This document shows, in pieces, positions 36,722-48,283 of a DNA stretch of 64,000 nucleotides. Location of the stretch: contig JBLINS010000003.1 of NCBI GenBank assembly GCA_047639455.1, forward strand, positions 3-64,002. Direction: 5' to 3'. The stretch comes from Candidatus Omnitrophota bacterium (GTDB taxonomy: Bacteria; Omnitrophota; Gorgyraeia; 2-02-FULL-51-18; JAGOUK01). Position 1 is the first letter of the stretch, and every line of letters starts with the position of its first letter. The notes under the pieces were generated by a model, which did not search any database, had not been told where the DNA came from, and saw only the letters and a program-made list of their open reading frames with translations. The position numbers were made by a program, and so were the translations under genes.

Positions 36722-37858
36722 ATGTCGAATAATCGTGTTCAAAATATCCTATCGTGTGGTCAAAGTATTTGGTATGACAATATTCAACGTTCTATGATTG
36801 TGAATGGTGACTTTGAGCGCATGATTGCTGAAGACGGTTTGAGGGGTGTTACCTCTAATCCAACTATATTTGATAAGGCTATTTCTAGTAGCAATGATTA
36901 CGATGACATTATTGCTCAAGGTCTTGCAAAAGGGCTGGACTCTGAGGCTATTTTTTGGAGTATTGCCATCCGCGAAATTCAAGAAGCCACCGATATATTT
37001 AAAACTGTTTATACCGAAACACAAGCCTTGGACGGGTATGTTTCCTTAGAAGTGAGCCCATTTTTGGCCCGAGATACACAAGGCACTATTGCACAAGCTA
37101 TAGAAATTCACCAAAAAGTGAATCGCCTCAATCTCATGGTTAAGGTACCGGCAACTAAAGAAGGACTACCCGCTATCACTGAATTGATTAGCCGTGGCAT
37201 TAATATTAATGTGACGCTTGTTTTTTCTATTACTCGTTATAAAGAAGTTATGGATGCTTATATTGCCGGCTTAGAAAAAGGCATTGCCGCAGGCATTGAT
37301 ATGAAGTCCGTGCAATGTGTAGCTAGCTTTTTTGTATCGCGCCTAGACAGCGCAGTTGATAAATTATTAGAAGCCAAAATCGCTGAAGCAACGACTGAAG
37401 ATGAAAAAGCGCGCAGAAAAGAATTAATGGGTAAGGCCGCCGTTGCGAATTCACGTTTAGCTTATCAAGCATTTTTGAGCGTATTTGCTACAGAGCGTTT
37501 TATTGCCTTGCAGAATAAAGGCGCTAATGTTCAAAGACCTTTATGGGCCAGCACAAGTACAAAAAATCCCACATACCGCGATGTTACCTATATAGAAGAA
37601 TTAATTGGCAAACATACGGTGAATACCGTACCACCAGCTACATTAGACGCCTTTAGAGATCATGGCGAAGCTGAAGCGCGAATTGAGAATGATATTGAGA
37701 ATAGCAAAAGTGTATTGGCTGAATTGGCTAAGTTGGGTATTGATTTAGCACAGGTCACGGAAGCATTAGAGCAAGCAGGGGTGGAGTCTTTTAATCAATC
37801 TTTTGAGCAATTGCTCAATCACCTTAAAGAAAAATCAGATCAATTGGCGGTTAAATAA
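36722..37858 (+). CDS. tal: transaldolase
   Basis: GQSIWYD, GVTSNPTIF, VSLEVSP, MVKVPAT, RPLWASTSTK. Confidence 0.95.
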   Translation: MSNNRVQNILSCGQSIWYDNIQRSMIVNGDFERMIAEDGLRGVTSNPTIFDKAISSSNDYDDIIAQGLAKGLDSEAIFWSIAIREIQEATDIFKTVYTETQALDGYVSLEVSPFLARDTQGTIAQAIEIHQKVNRLNLMVKVPATKEGLPAITELISRGININVTLVFSITRYKEVMDAYIAGLEKGIAAGIDMKSVQCVASFFVSRLDSAVDKLLEAKIAEATTEDEKARRKELMGKAAVANSRLAYQAFLSVFATERFIALQNKGANVQRPLWASTSTKNPTYRDVTYIEELIGKHTVNTVPPATLDAFRDHGEAEARIENDIENSKSVLAELAKLGIDLAQVTEALEQAGVESFNQSFEQLLNHLKEKSDQLAVK

Positions 37859-37859
37859 T

Positions 37860-39569
37860 ATGTCTATCGAACAAATATCCTCTCAAGTTTCTTGGGGTTC
37901 AAGCACAACCGATATTGAGACATTGGTTCAACAATTTGAAGACGATAATACAATCGCACGTATACGTCAAAAAGATGCCTCGCTGTGGACGGATGACGCC
38001 ACACATCACGCAGGCATTAAAGATCGCTTGGGTTGGATGGATGTATTAGACCAAATCGATACTTGGGTGAAAGACATAGATACGTTGACAGCCGAAATTA
38101 AGGACGAAGGTTATCGCTACATTGTTTTGATGGCTATGGGCGGATCTAGCTTAGGACCTGAAGTTATACAAACCATATTAAAGAATGACGAGGATCACCC
38201 CGAGCTTATCGTCATTGATAGCACAGATCCTAGGCGTGTGAATGATGTGATTGCAAAAATTGGTGATCACAAAACTCTTTTTGCTGTTGCGAGTAAGTCA
38301 GGCACGACAGTTGAATCTTTTTCTTTATACAAATATTTTTATAATTGGTTGGCCAATGTACAAAATGACCCTAATCCAGGCGCTTCATTTATCGCTATCA
38401 CTGATCCCGGCATGGCTTTAGTTGGCATTGGCGAGGATAAGGGTTTTAGAAAAGTTTTTATTAATCCAGCTGATATAGGCGGGCGTTATTCGGTATTATC
38501 TTTATTTGGTTTGGTGTATGTGGGCTTGATAGGCGCTGACTTAGACATTTATGTTGGCTTAATCAAAAAAGAAATAGAAGCTACCTTTGCCGGTGATTCG
38601 AGTGATGCCATACGCTTAGGCGTTTCTATGGGCTGTCTCGCCAAACAAGGGCGTGATAAATTAACTATTATCACTCCAGATACATGGAATATATTTGGTG
38701 ATTGGGCTGAGCAATTAATAGCCGAAAGTACTGGTAAAGAAGGCTTGGGTGTAATCCCTATCGTAAGAGAGCCTCTTGTAGATGCAGTAGCTACTTATGG
38801 AGTGGATCGTTATTTTGTGGCGTTATTACCCGAATCTTCTTCTCAGAATGAAAAAATCTCTGCACAATTACAGGCATTAAAAGATGCGGGTCATCCCGTG
38901 ATGATTATCCGTGTTCAGAATGATATGGAATTAGGCGCACAATTCTTTTTATGGGAATTAGCTTGCGCCATATCTGGGATAGTTTTGCGCATTGATCCTT
39001 TTGATCAACCCAATGTACAAGAAGCTAAGACTTGCACGAACGAAATATTAAAAGACATGGATGCGGACAATATTCCTTTACCTGAATTATCAGTGCTAAA
39101 ACCCCAACTATCAATTGCTTTTAGTAATGCATCCAAGGCAGACGCGGCAACGAGTGAGAATTGGGATGCTTTTGTTAACTCTATTCAAGCAGGGGACTAT
39201 TTGAATATTTTGGCATTTATGCCTGATCGTGTGGATGTGCAAAGTCATTTGCGCGATATAGCCAATGCATTCAAAAAAAAGACGCATGTGCCGACAGCAC
39301 TTGGTATAGGGCCACGTTATTTGCATTCTACAGGCCAATTACATAAAGGTGGTCCAGATAGCGGTGTATTCATTGTTTTGACGGCCCCTGTTACTAAAGA
39401 TGCAGACTTAGATATACCCGAGGCTGCATTCACCTTTCAACAATTACAATTATCGCAGGCCTTTGGAGACTTTAAGGCTTTGGAATCTAAAGGTAGGCGC
39501 GCTGTCTATATACAGTTATCTTCTTTAGAGTCACCAGCCTGGAGCGCCCTTAAAGACGCTTTGCTTTAA
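37860..39569 (+). CDS. pgi: glucose-6-phosphate isomerase (Tal/Pgi-type)
   Basis: MGGSSLG, ASKSGTTVE, IGGRYSVLS, QLIAESTGK, PFDQPNVQEAK, HSTGQLHKGG. Confidence 0.88.
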   Translation: MSIEQISSQVSWGSSTTDIETLVQQFEDDNTIARIRQKDASLWTDDATHHAGIKDRLGWMDVLDQIDTWVKDIDTLTAEIKDEGYRYIVLMAMGGSSLGPEVIQTILKNDEDHPELIVIDSTDPRRVNDVIAKIGDHKTLFAVASKSGTTVESFSLYKYFYNWLANVQNDPNPGASFIAITDPGMALVGIGEDKGFRKVFINPADIGGRYSVLSLFGLVYVGLIGADLDIYVGLIKKEIEATFAGDSSDAIRLGVSMGCLAKQGRDKLTIITPDTWNIFGDWAEQLIAESTGKEGLGVIPIVREPLVDAVATYGVDRYFVALLPESSSQNEKISAQLQALKDAGHPVMIIRVQNDMELGAQFFLWELACAISGIVLRIDPFDQPNVQEAKTCTNEILKDMDADNIPLPELSVLKPQLSIAFSNASKADAATSENWDAFVNSIQAGDYLNILAFMPDRVDVQSHLRDIANAFKKKTHVPTALGIGPRYLHSTGQLHKGGPDSGVFIVLTAPVTKDADLDIPEAAFTFQQLQLSQAFGDFKALESKGRRAVYIQLSSLESPAWSALKDALL

Positions 39570-39587
39570 TAGCACGTCATAAAGCCA

Positions 39588-39997
39588 CGTCATTGCGAGT
39601 TGCCTGCCTGTCGGCAGACAGGCGCGTAGCTGCAGCGCGGGCCGGTTTCATCATAGTTACACCGGCATTGGTGTCCTGGCTTTGTGGCCAGGCACGGGCA
39701 CAATCTAGCGCTAGATTAGATACTGGATGTCGAATGTTATTAAAGTTGAGTGGTCGTTAGCCTTGGATTGCCGCGTCGCTGCTTCGCGCTCCTCGCAATC
39801 AGACTGTGCCATAAAGCTTATTAACCGCGTCATTGCGAGGCGCGCGGAGCAGTAACGCGGCAATCTGGGGCTGCATTGGGTAACAGGTGTCGAATATTAA
39901 TAAAGTTGATTAGATATTAGTCTTAGATTGCCACTTCGCTGCTACCGCGCTCATCGCAATGACGGTGCTGACACGTTATGACACAGTCTGAATGACG
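39588..39997. repeat. composite nested REP with 20-bp palindrome, inverted 62-bp module and a MITE
   Basis: CGTCATTGCGAG start; CCTGCCTGTCGGCAGACAGG at 39603; module at 39639-39701. Confidence 0.75.
39800..39990. mobile_element. MITE-like element with 15-bp TIRs and 3-bp AAT target duplication, containing a REP
   Basis: AAT|CAGACTGTGCCATAA...TTATGACACAGTCTG|AAT; splits the host CGCAATGAC end. Confidence 0.7.
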
Positions 39998-40041
39998 ACG
40001 GGGCATATTATGACACTACGACATTTTTCTGAGGATTACGT

Positions 40042-40407
40042 ATGAAAAAAGGCATATTATTAATTAGTCATGGTAGTCGTTCTGACACGGCCTATGAAGA
40101 AGTTATGGGCTTAGGCAATGAGCTGCAAAAGTTATGGCCAGATATAATTATGCAAACAGCTTTTTTAGAAATTAATTCGCCTTCCATTCCAGAGGGGATT
40201 GGCCATCTATCCGAAAAAGGCGTTACCGATTTGCAAGTCCTATTGAATTTTTTGAATTCTGGTCGACATGTATTGGAACATATCCCTCAAATTGTTGAAG
40301 AGGCGTGCGAATCTAAGAACATTAAATACCAAATATCTAAACATATAGGCGCTCACCCTGATTTGCCAAAACTTTTCTTTGATGTAGCTGGTTTGGAGAA
40401 TAAATGA
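40042..40407 (+). CDS. small CbiX/SirB-type chelatase
   Basis: LISHGSR, AFLE..PSI, GRHV..HIP, IGAHP. Confidence 0.85.
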   Translation: MKKGILLISHGSRSDTAYEEVMGLGNELQKLWPDIIMQTAFLEINSPSIPEGIGHLSEKGVTDLQVLLNFLNSGRHVLEHIPQIVEEACESKNIKYQISKHIGAHPDLPKLFFDVAGLENK

Positions 40408-41864
40408 TGAAGATACCTATGCCTAAATTATTTTCCAATCCCTTTGGCAAAAGGCAGTATGGCCAAATGGATAAAGTCACTGATAGTGTCTACATCTTTA
40501 GGAATATAACCAATTCATCTATAGTTATTGGCAGAGATTCAGTGGCCGTAATCGACACCCAAGTTAATTATCCCTTAGCCCAACGATTGATTGAAGAGAT
40601 TAAAAAGGTGACTGATAAGCCTATATCGCATGCTATTAATACCCATTACCATTGGGACCACACTAATGGAAATATATTTTTTAAGAAGATGGGGGCGGAA
40701 GTCATCGCTTCTGAATTAACCAAAGACTTCATGATTAATCGCAGAGAGCGACAAAAAGAATTTTTATTAGGACGTGGATTTGAAATTGCTTACGATCCGC
40801 TATTGCCAACAACTACGTTCAATAACGAAATGGAAATCGATCTCGGTGATATGCCGCTTAGATTATTTTTTGCAGGTAGGGCCGAGTCGGATGACGCTAC
40901 TGCCGTCCATGTCCCTAAAGAAAATGTGGTTATAGCAGGTGATACTGTCATGACAGGTAGCTTCCCCATTTTTGGTCAACCCGTTTGGGATGAAGGCTTG
41001 GAGGGTACGGGCCAGTGGTTGAAGACAATTGAAACGATCCAAAAGCTTAACCCAAAACACATTATTCCAGGCCATGGACCCTTAGCCTATACACCTCAAG
41101 TCAATGCGCTTATTAAAATTCAAAATTATTTCATAGACGAAGTTCGGGGCTTATTGCAAAAGGGATATGAATTAGACGCTATCATTTCTAGCATGGAAGC
41201 CAATATGCCTAAATGGATAAGCAAAATTCCTGTTGTTTGGGGTAATCCTCGTTATGCCATACTTAGGATATGGCGCAGCTTAACTATGGAGTCTGGTGAT
41301 CCTGGCTGGCAAAGGTTTAAGCCAAGCGCTATTCCAGAGTCAGTTGTAGAAATTGCTCACGACAAGGTTGTTGCTGAATTTGTGCAAATGGCAGATGAAT
41401 TAAAAGAGGGCGGAGACATAGCCGGTTGTCTTAAGGTTTTGGATACGGCTTGCCAACGCTTTGATGGGGACGCGAATATTTTGGCGACTTATGCTAATAC
41501 ACTCATTGAAGCATCGCGAGCTGAAGATTCTGTTTTGGAAAAAGGCGATTATTTTATTAAGGCAAAAAAAGCCTGGGACCAAGCTCTAACTCTTGAGCCA
41601 AATCATTTTGGATCCAAACTTGGCAAAGGCCGTTATTGGGCTATGATGGCCTATCGTGGTGGCGACGATCCAACGGACGGCATGGCCTTGCTTCAAGAAG
41701 TTATTGAAGGTTGCACTCAATCGGATTTGACGGCGGAAGCCTGTTTTTATAAGGGTATGGGCCATAGACGTTTGGGCGAAGAAGCATTAGCTAAAGATTA
41801 TTTTAAGAAAAGTTTGGAGCTGAACCCAGCTTGGAAACCCGCGCAATTGGGTTTAATGGCTTAA
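40404..41864 (+). CDS. MBL-fold metallo-hydrolase with C-terminal TPR region
   Basis: THYHWDH, AGD, IPGHG; helical TPR-like C-terminus. Confidence 0.8.
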   Translation: MMKIPMPKLFSNPFGKRQYGQMDKVTDSVYIFRNITNSSIVIGRDSVAVIDTQVNYPLAQRLIEEIKKVTDKPISHAINTHYHWDHTNGNIFFKKMGAEVIASELTKDFMINRRERQKEFLLGRGFEIAYDPLLPTTTFNNEMEIDLGDMPLRLFFAGRAESDDATAVHVPKENVVIAGDTVMTGSFPIFGQPVWDEGLEGTGQWLKTIETIQKLNPKHIIPGHGPLAYTPQVNALIKIQNYFIDEVRGLLQKGYELDAIISSMEANMPKWISKIPVVWGNPRYAILRIWRSLTMESGDPGWQRFKPSAIPESVVEIAHDKVVAEFVQMADELKEGGDIAGCLKVLDTACQRFDGDANILATYANTLIEASRAEDSVLEKGDYFIKAKKAWDQALTLEPNHFGSKLGKGRYWAMMAYRGGDDPTDGMALLQEVIEGCTQSDLTAEACFYKGMGHRRLGEEALAKDYFKKSLELNPAWKPAQLGLMA

Positions 41865-42008
41865 TTTGCAAGGGTATTATTTTTTAATTATCAGTTGATT
41901 TCTATTTAAATGATGCTATGATAATTGAAATTTATGAGGGGAATCCGGTTTTATATCGTTGTTTAGCGAGTCGGACAGTTAATTTTTAAACCTAAAAAGG
42001 AGAAGCAT

Positions 42009-42275
42009 ATGGCCGCTAAGAAAAAGGCAAATTCAGCTTTTATGAAACCATTAGAAGTCACTGACGAGTTAGCAGCAGTTGTCGGTAAAGGTCCACTACC
42101 ACGTAGTGAAGTTGTTAAAAAACTTTGGGTTTATATTAAGAAGCATGACCTTCAAGATCCAAAAGCAAGAAGAAACATTATTGCTGATGATAAATTATTG
42201 CCCGTTTTTGGCGGTAAGAAGGTTGTTGATATGTTTGAAATGACCAAATTGGTAAGCAAACACCTCGGTAAGTAA
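42009..42275 (+). CDS. stand-alone SWIB/MDM2 domain protein
   Basis: LAAVVG..PLPRSEVVKKLWVYIKKHDLQDP..RRNI.AD..L..VFG. Confidence 0.92.
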   Translation: MAAKKKANSAFMKPLEVTDELAAVVGKGPLPRSEVVKKLWVYIKKHDLQDPKARRNIIADDKLLPVFGGKKVVDMFEMTKLVSKHLGK

Positions 42276-42286
42276 TTTGTACACTT

Positions 42287-42320
42287 AAACCCCACTGTAG
42301 AATCTTCTGCAGTGGGGTTT
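42287..42320 (+). terminator. intrinsic terminator hairpin
   Basis: AAACCCCACTGTAGAA-TC-TTCTGCAGTGGGGTTT. Confidence 0.7.
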
Positions 42321-42378
42321 GAACCACTCTCTGTGCTACAATAGTCCGCTTAACCGACACTAACACAGGGATCGTATT

Positions 42379-42807
42379 ATGCTTAGGCAATCCACAAAAA
42401 AAATGACTATATCATCCAAAATACTTCAGTACGCAATACTTTCAGCTTCAATCCTTTCTTTAATACCTACATTTAGCTTAGCAGCTGACGTGATGCCAGC
42501 TTCAACAAACTCTCCGTCAATCCGCCTCTTTGTTGAGTCAGGTGGTCAAAGGGCTAATATACTTGGCCACAATTGGGCTGAGCTTAGCTTTGAGCGCAAA
42601 ATCAAGCTGATTGAGTCGGCGCGTCAAGGTGCATTGAGACTAGGCGCCGTGATGGCATTACCAGCCGAATCTTATATACGCGAATTGGACATGATGTTCG
42701 CGAAGAATCCTTCTTTGAGGCATATAGAAGTGGGTCAAGCAATTCAAGGCATAGCTATTTCATTAAAGGATTGGGATACTGGAACAGGATCTCCAGTAGC
42801 TAAATAA
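42379..42807 (+). CDS. exported hypothetical protein
   Basis: Signal-like N-terminus; abuts acnA. Confidence 0.6.
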   Translation: MLRQSTKKMTISSKILQYAILSASILSLIPTFSLAADVMPASTNSPSIRLFVESGGQRANILGHNWAELSFERKIKLIESARQGALRLGAVMALPAESYIRELDMMFAKNPSLRHIEVGQAIQGIAISLKDWDTGTGSPVAK

Positions 42808-42809
42808 TT

Positions 42810-45503
42810 TTGAATACAAAATTTTCACAAGCCCGCAAAACAATGCAATCTCCCGAAGGTAACGTGGTTGTACATCATTTGCCAACCTTGCAAGCCATGG
42901 GCTATGACCGTATCCCCAAATTACCTTTCTCGATAAAAGTATTATTAGAGAGCGCCTTACGTAATTGTGATAATTATCAAGTTACAGAAGATGACGTCAT
43001 AAAACTAGCCGAATGGAAAAGTAATTTGGCTGGCACTACAGACATTGCTTTTAAACCTGCCCGAGTTGTATTGCAAGATTTTACGGGTGTGCCTGCTGTT
43101 GTGGATTTGGCCGCTATGCGCTCGGCCATGCATCGTATGGGTGGGGATACCACTAAGATCAACCCTCTAGTTCCTTGTGATTTGGTGATTGACCATTCTG
43201 TTCAAGTCGACTCTTATGGATCAGCGAATGCATTAGCGGAGAATGTAGAAAAGGAATTCATACGTAATAAAGAACGCTATGAGTTTTTGAAATGGGGCCA
43301 AAAATCTTTAAAGAATTTTAGAGCCGTTCCACCTGCAACTGGTATTGTTCATCAGGTTAATTTGGAATATTTGGCTAATGGTGTTTTGGTCCGCAATGAA
43401 AATGAAGAATTACACGCCTTTCCTGATAGTCTGGTTGGCACGGATAGTCATACAACCATGATTAATGGCATTGGCGTTGCTGGTTGGGGTGTAGGTGGCA
43501 TAGAGGCTGAAGCTGTGATGTTGGGTGAGCCTATTTATATGGTCATGCCACAAGTTATTGGGTTTAAGCTTACCGGAGCGCCTAAGGAAGGCATTACGGC
43601 CACAGACATTGTTTTGACAGTTGTAGAATTATTACGAAAAAAAGGCGTTGTCGGAAAGTTTGTTGAATTCTTTGGTGACGGTATGGTTGCCTTGAGTGTA
43701 CCTGATCGTGCTACCTTGGCCAATATGGCTCCAGAATATGGAGCTACTATGGGATTCTTCCCCGTAGATCAAAAGACCCTTGATTTTTATAAACAAACAG
43801 CCAGAGATCCTGAATGGATTGATTTTGTTGGAGCATATAGTCGTGAGCAGGGCATGTTCTATGAGCCTGGGATGGAACCAGAATTCACAGACGTCATTGA
43901 ATTTGATTTAAGCCTTGTTGAACCTTGTTTGGCCGGACCAAAGCGTCCTCAAGATCGAGTTAATCTTAAGGACATGAAGTCAGCTTTTAAAGAAACGCTT
44001 GTTGTACCCATCGAAAAGCGAGGATTCGCTTTGGGGCCTGATGATTTAATCAAGACCGTTCCGCTCGAAACGACGACGGATTCCATTACGCATGGATCCG
44101 TGGTTATTGCGGCTATAACCAGTTGCACCAATACATCGAATCCATCTGTGATGATTGGGGCTGGCTTGGTTGCCAAGGCAGCCGTTGATAAGGGCTTGAA
44201 CGTTAAGCCTTATATTAAAACAAGTTTAGCTCCTGGCTCCACCGTTGTGACAGAATATTTAAAAAATGCGCGTTTAATAGAACCACTCGAAAAATTAAAC
44301 TTTCATATTGTTGGATATGGCTGCACAACTTGCATAGGCAATAGCGGTCCATTGCCCGAAATCGTGTCTAATGCCATAACTAGCGGTGACTTGGTTGCTT
44401 GCAGTGTATTGTCTGGTAATAGAAATTTTGAAGGTCGCGTTAATCCACATGTTAAAGCGAATTATTTGGCCAGCCCACCATTAGTTGTGGCTTATGCGAT
44501 AGCGGGTCGCGTTGATATTGATTTTGATCAAGAACCCTTAGGTAAGGGTAAGGACGGCCAAGACGTTTATTTAAAAGATATATGGCCGACCAATGCTGAT
44601 GTTCAAGCTTGTTTAGACAAGGCTGTGACAACAGAAGCATTTGCTCAAAAATATCAGAATGTATTTGAGGGTAGCCCTGAATGGGTAGCTATACATGCTG
44701 CTGAATCAGAAATTTATCCTTGGGAAGCAAATAGCTCTTATATTCAAGAGCCACCTTTTTTTGAAGGCATGCAACAAGCCGTCGAGCCCATTAGTCCAAT
44801 TAAAGCCGCCCGCGTTTTGGTTAAATTAGGTGATTCGGTCACAACGGATCATATTTCTCCAGCGGGTGCGATTGGCGTGAATAGCCCTGCGGGCAAATAC
44901 CTAAAGGAATTAGGCATTGAATCAACTGACTTTAATAGCTATGGATCACGACGCGGCAATGATCGTGTTATGACACGCGGAACATTTGCTAATATTCGCC
45001 TCAGAAATCAATTAGTACCTGGATCTGAGGGTTCTTGCACCAAGCATTTTCCATCTGGAGAAGAAACAGATATTCATTCCGCATCTTTGAAATATGCCCA
45101 AGAGAATGTACCCTTGGTTGTGTTGGCGGGCAAAGAATATGGTACTGGTTCTAGCCGTGATTGGGCTGCCAAAGGAACTCGTTTATTAGGTGTGCGAGTT
45201 GTTATTGCCGAAAGTTATGAGCGCATTCATCGCAGTAATTTAGTTGGCATGGGTGTATTGCCCTTGCAATACGCAGACGGGCAGACCGCCCAAACCCTAG
45301 GTCTTAAAGGTGACGAAGTCTTTGATTTTGATAGTTTGAATGATGATATTAAGCCGCAGCAAAATATGGATGTAGCCATCACTTTTGCCGACGGTAGCAA
45401 AAAAACAATTCAGACTTTAGTACGTATCGACACCCCTGTCGAAGTTGATTATTACCGTAATGGCGGCATACTCCATACGGTTATACGTAAATTATTAAAA
45501 TAA
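42810..45503 (+). CDS. acnA: aconitate hydratase A
   Basis: [51 protein letters not shown]. Confidence 0.97.
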   Translation: MNTKFSQARKTMQSPEGNVVVHHLPTLQAMGYDRIPKLPFSIKVLLESALRNCDNYQVTEDDVIKLAEWKSNLAGTTDIAFKPARVVLQDFTGVPAVVDLAAMRSAMHRMGGDTTKINPLVPCDLVIDHSVQVDSYGSANALAENVEKEFIRNKERYEFLKWGQKSLKNFRAVPPATGIVHQVNLEYLANGVLVRNENEELHAFPDSLVGTDSHTTMINGIGVAGWGVGGIEAEAVMLGEPIYMVMPQVIGFKLTGAPKEGITATDIVLTVVELLRKKGVVGKFVEFFGDGMVALSVPDRATLANMAPEYGATMGFFPVDQKTLDFYKQTARDPEWIDFVGAYSREQGMFYEPGMEPEFTDVIEFDLSLVEPCLAGPKRPQDRVNLKDMKSAFKETLVVPIEKRGFALGPDDLIKTVPLETTTDSITHGSVVIAAITSCTNTSNPSVMIGAGLVAKAAVDKGLNVKPYIKTSLAPGSTVVTEYLKNARLIEPLEKLNFHIVGYGCTTCIGNSGPLPEIVSNAITSGDLVACSVLSGNRNFEGRVNPHVKANYLASPPLVVAYAIAGRVDIDFDQEPLGKGKDGQDVYLKDIWPTNADVQACLDKAVTTEAFAQKYQNVFEGSPEWVAIHAAESEIYPWEANSSYIQEPPFFEGMQQAVEPISPIKAARVLVKLGDSVTTDHISPAGAIGVNSPAGKYLKELGIESTDFNSYGSRRGNDRVMTRGTFANIRLRNQLVPGSEGSCTKHFPSGEETDIHSASLKYAQENVPLVVLAGKEYGTGSSRDWAAKGTRLLGVRVVIAESYERIHRSNLVGMGVLPLQYADGQTAQTLGLKGDEVFDFDSLNDDIKPQQNMDVAITFADGSKKTIQTLVRIDTPVEVDYYRNGGILHTVIRKLLK

Positions 45504-45551
45504 ACCGCATTACCTTGGTAATGAAATGCTAATCTCAAAAGGAATAAACCA

Positions 45552-47222
45552 TTGAAAAAACTTAATGCAAATTCAGCCACAATTACAGAAGGCCCTTCGC
45601 GCGCACCAGCTCGCGCTATGCTTAAAGCCACTGGACTTAGTGATGAGGATATTCTAAAGCCGCATATTGGTATTGCCAATACATGGATAGAGACAACACC
45701 TTGTAATTTTCATTTGCGGCGTTTATCAGAAAAAGTAAAAGAAGGTGTTCGGGCTGCAGGTGGCACACCTATAGAATTCAATACCATTGCTATATCAGAC
45801 GGCATTACCATGGGCACTGAAGGTATGAAGACCTCTTTAGTTAGTCGAGAAGTTATTGCTGATTCAATCGAGTTGGTGGCACGTGGGCATTATTTTGATG
45901 GCATCATAGCCATATCGGGTTGTGACAAAACCATACCCGGTACAGTGATGGCCTTAGCGCGCGTGAATGTACCTTCGCTAATGATATATGGCGGTTCGAT
46001 TGATCCAGGTGAGTACGAACATTGCGATGTGACGATTCAAGACGTTTTTGAAGCCGTTGGCAAGTTTTCTGCAAAAAAGATTACCAAAAAAGAGTATAAA
46101 GAATTAGAAGATTCAGCTTGCCCAGGTGCCGGCGCTTGCGGTGGGCAATTCACGGCTAATACGATGTCTATGGCCTTTGAGCTTATGGGTATATCGCCCA
46201 TGGATACGAATATTATTCCAGCTATGGATAGAGAAAAAGACTTTGCTTGCATAGAAGCTGGCAAATTGGTCATAAATTTAATCAAAAAAGGCATAACACC
46301 TAAAAAAATTATTACCAAAAAATCCATTGAGAATGCGATTAGCTCAGTTATGATGAGCGGCGGGTCAACCAATGCTGTTTTGCATTTATTGGCTATAGCT
46401 CACGAAATGGGAATTAAACTTTCTATTGATGACTTCGATCGTATTAGTCGCAAGACGCCATTATTGGGCGATCTGAAACCTGGCGGTCGGTATGTGGCCA
46501 CAGATTTATATCATGCCGGCGGCATACGTTTGGTTGCCAAGCGATTATTAGACGCCAAGTTATTACACCCAGATTGCTTAACCGTTACAACTAAAACTGT
46601 TGGTCAAGAAGCTCGCAAAGCGGTGGAAACCGATGATCAGCAAGTAGTCCGGTCATTAAAAGATCCTATTAAAAAAACAGGCGGTATGGTTATTCTTAAG
46701 GGAAACCTAGCTCCAGAGGGTTGCGTTTTAAAAGTAGCTGGCCATGAACGCATTTATCATCAAGGTCCTGCAAAAGTATATGATACCGAAGAGTCTGCTT
46801 TTAAAGCCGTTAAATCTCAAAAGATTAAGCCGGGAGACGTTTTGATTATTCGCTACGAAGGGCCAAGCGGTGGTCCGGGCATGCGTGAAATGTTAGCTGT
46901 GACAGCAGCACTTGTTGGTGAAGGTCTTGGTGAAACCGTGGCTTTATTAACCGATGGCAGGTTTTCGGGAGCGACACATGGGTTTATGGCTGGGCATGCA
47001 GCACCTGAGGCAGCGCAAGGCGGTCCAATTGCAGCCGTGAATAATGGCGACATCGTCACCTTCGATATTAACAAAAGACGCATTGATGTCAAACTGACGA
47101 ATGGCCAAATCAAAACCCGTTTAAGAGCCCTTAAGAAACACACTATTAAATACAAATCCGGCGTCATGTTCAAATACGCCAAGCTAGTATCTTCTGCCAG
47201 CAAAGGTGCGGTTACTAGTTAA
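45552..47222 (+). CDS. ilvD: dihydroxy-acid dehydratase
   Basis: PCNFH, SDGITMG, GCDKT, ACPGAGACGG, GGPGMREM, TDGRFSG. Confidence 0.96.
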   Translation: MKKLNANSATITEGPSRAPARAMLKATGLSDEDILKPHIGIANTWIETTPCNFHLRRLSEKVKEGVRAAGGTPIEFNTIAISDGITMGTEGMKTSLVSREVIADSIELVARGHYFDGIIAISGCDKTIPGTVMALARVNVPSLMIYGGSIDPGEYEHCDVTIQDVFEAVGKFSAKKITKKEYKELEDSACPGAGACGGQFTANTMSMAFELMGISPMDTNIIPAMDREKDFACIEAGKLVINLIKKGITPKKIITKKSIENAISSVMMSGGSTNAVLHLLAIAHEMGIKLSIDDFDRISRKTPLLGDLKPGGRYVATDLYHAGGIRLVAKRLLDAKLLHPDCLTVTTKTVGQEARKAVETDDQQVVRSLKDPIKKTGGMVILKGNLAPEGCVLKVAGHERIYHQGPAKVYDTEESAFKAVKSQKIKPGDVLIIRYEGPSGGPGMREMLAVTAALVGEGLGETVALLTDGRFSGATHGFMAGHAAPEAAQGGPIAAVNNGDIVTFDINKRRIDVKLTNGQIKTRLRALKKHTIKYKSGVMFKYAKLVSSASKGAVTS

Positions 47223-47228
47223 TCGAGT

Positions 47229-47385
47229 TTGTCATGCGCGAAGTCTCTGTCATTGCGTGCGAAATGCTCGTCATTATGGGTGAATTTTCCGTCATTATGA
47301 GGAGCGAAGCGACGTAATAATCCCCCAGTAAAAGGCTTTTTCTGGGAGGTCCTCACGTCGCTGCTACGCGCTCCTCAGGATGACA
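47229..47385. repeat. REP-like element with stuttered left ends
   Basis: Several GTCAT starts; GTCATTATGAGGAGCG...CGCTCCTCAGGATGAC. Confidence 0.75.
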
Positions 47386-47425
47386 ATCTAACTTATGCAT
47401 ATTTCTATACATACTCATTAACCCA

Positions 47426-48283
47426 ATGTCAAAACGTATCCTAATCACTGGTGTTCAAGGTTTAATCGGTTGGAATCTGTACAACGATTTAGCCTCTGAC
47501 TATCAACTCTTTGGCTTCTCAACAAAAGTCCGCGACAAATGCATTTCCAAAGCCCCTAAACACAAAGAATGGTATGAGGGTTTGGTTGAAGATTATGAAG
47601 GGTTTTCTTCAGTCATAGAAGATACGCAACCCGATATAGTGATTCACGCACAAGCCATGTGTAATTTGGATTTATGCGAAGATAAGCCGGATAAAACAGA
47701 ATTAGTGAATGTTGAGGCAACGCGCCAATTAATTCGCGCTCTTAATCCAGATAATCATCGCTTAATTTATATGTCTACGGAACATGTTTTTTCTGGCAAT
47801 AAAGGTAATTATGCAGAAGATGATGAATATGATCCCATATCCGTATATGGCCGCACCAAAGTTGAAGCCGAGCAATTAGTCAAAGACTACCCTGGTTTTT
47901 TAATTATACGGCCAGGGTTGGTTGTGGGTGGAAGTATGCAGGGTAATATAGGGGCTAGAGATTGGCTTAAGTCACGTTTAACAAAGAACCAACCCGCAAC
48001 TTATTTCACGGACGAAATTCGCTCACCCATTCATTCATCTGATTTTTCGAAGGGCATGAAATTCTTAATCGATCAGGAGGCTCAAGGTATATATCATTTG
48101 GGCGGCAAAGATTCATATTCGCGCTATGAATTAGCTCAATTAATGGCTAAACAGCTCGATATGACGGGCAATATATGCTCCAAAACTATTAAATCAGACA
48201 AAATTGTACCCCGCATAGCCAATTGCACCCTCAATTCCCAAAAAGCCGCTAATCTAGGCTGGCCCACCCCCAATTTTCAATAA
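47426..48283 (+). CDS. RmlD-like extended SDR (NAD(P)-dependent sugar reductase)
   Basis: ITGVQGLIG, STEHVFSG, YGRTK. Confidence 0.8.
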   Translation: MSKRILITGVQGLIGWNLYNDLASDYQLFGFSTKVRDKCISKAPKHKEWYEGLVEDYEGFSSVIEDTQPDIVIHAQAMCNLDLCEDKPDKTELVNVEATRQLIRALNPDNHRLIYMSTEHVFSGNKGNYAEDDEYDPISVYGRTKVEAEQLVKDYPGFLIIRPGLVVGGSMQGNIGARDWLKSRLTKNQPATYFTDEIRSPIHSSDFSKGMKFLIDQEAQGIYHLGGKDSYSRYELAQLMAKQLDMTGNICSKTIKSDKIVPRIANCTLNSQKAANLGWPTPNFQ

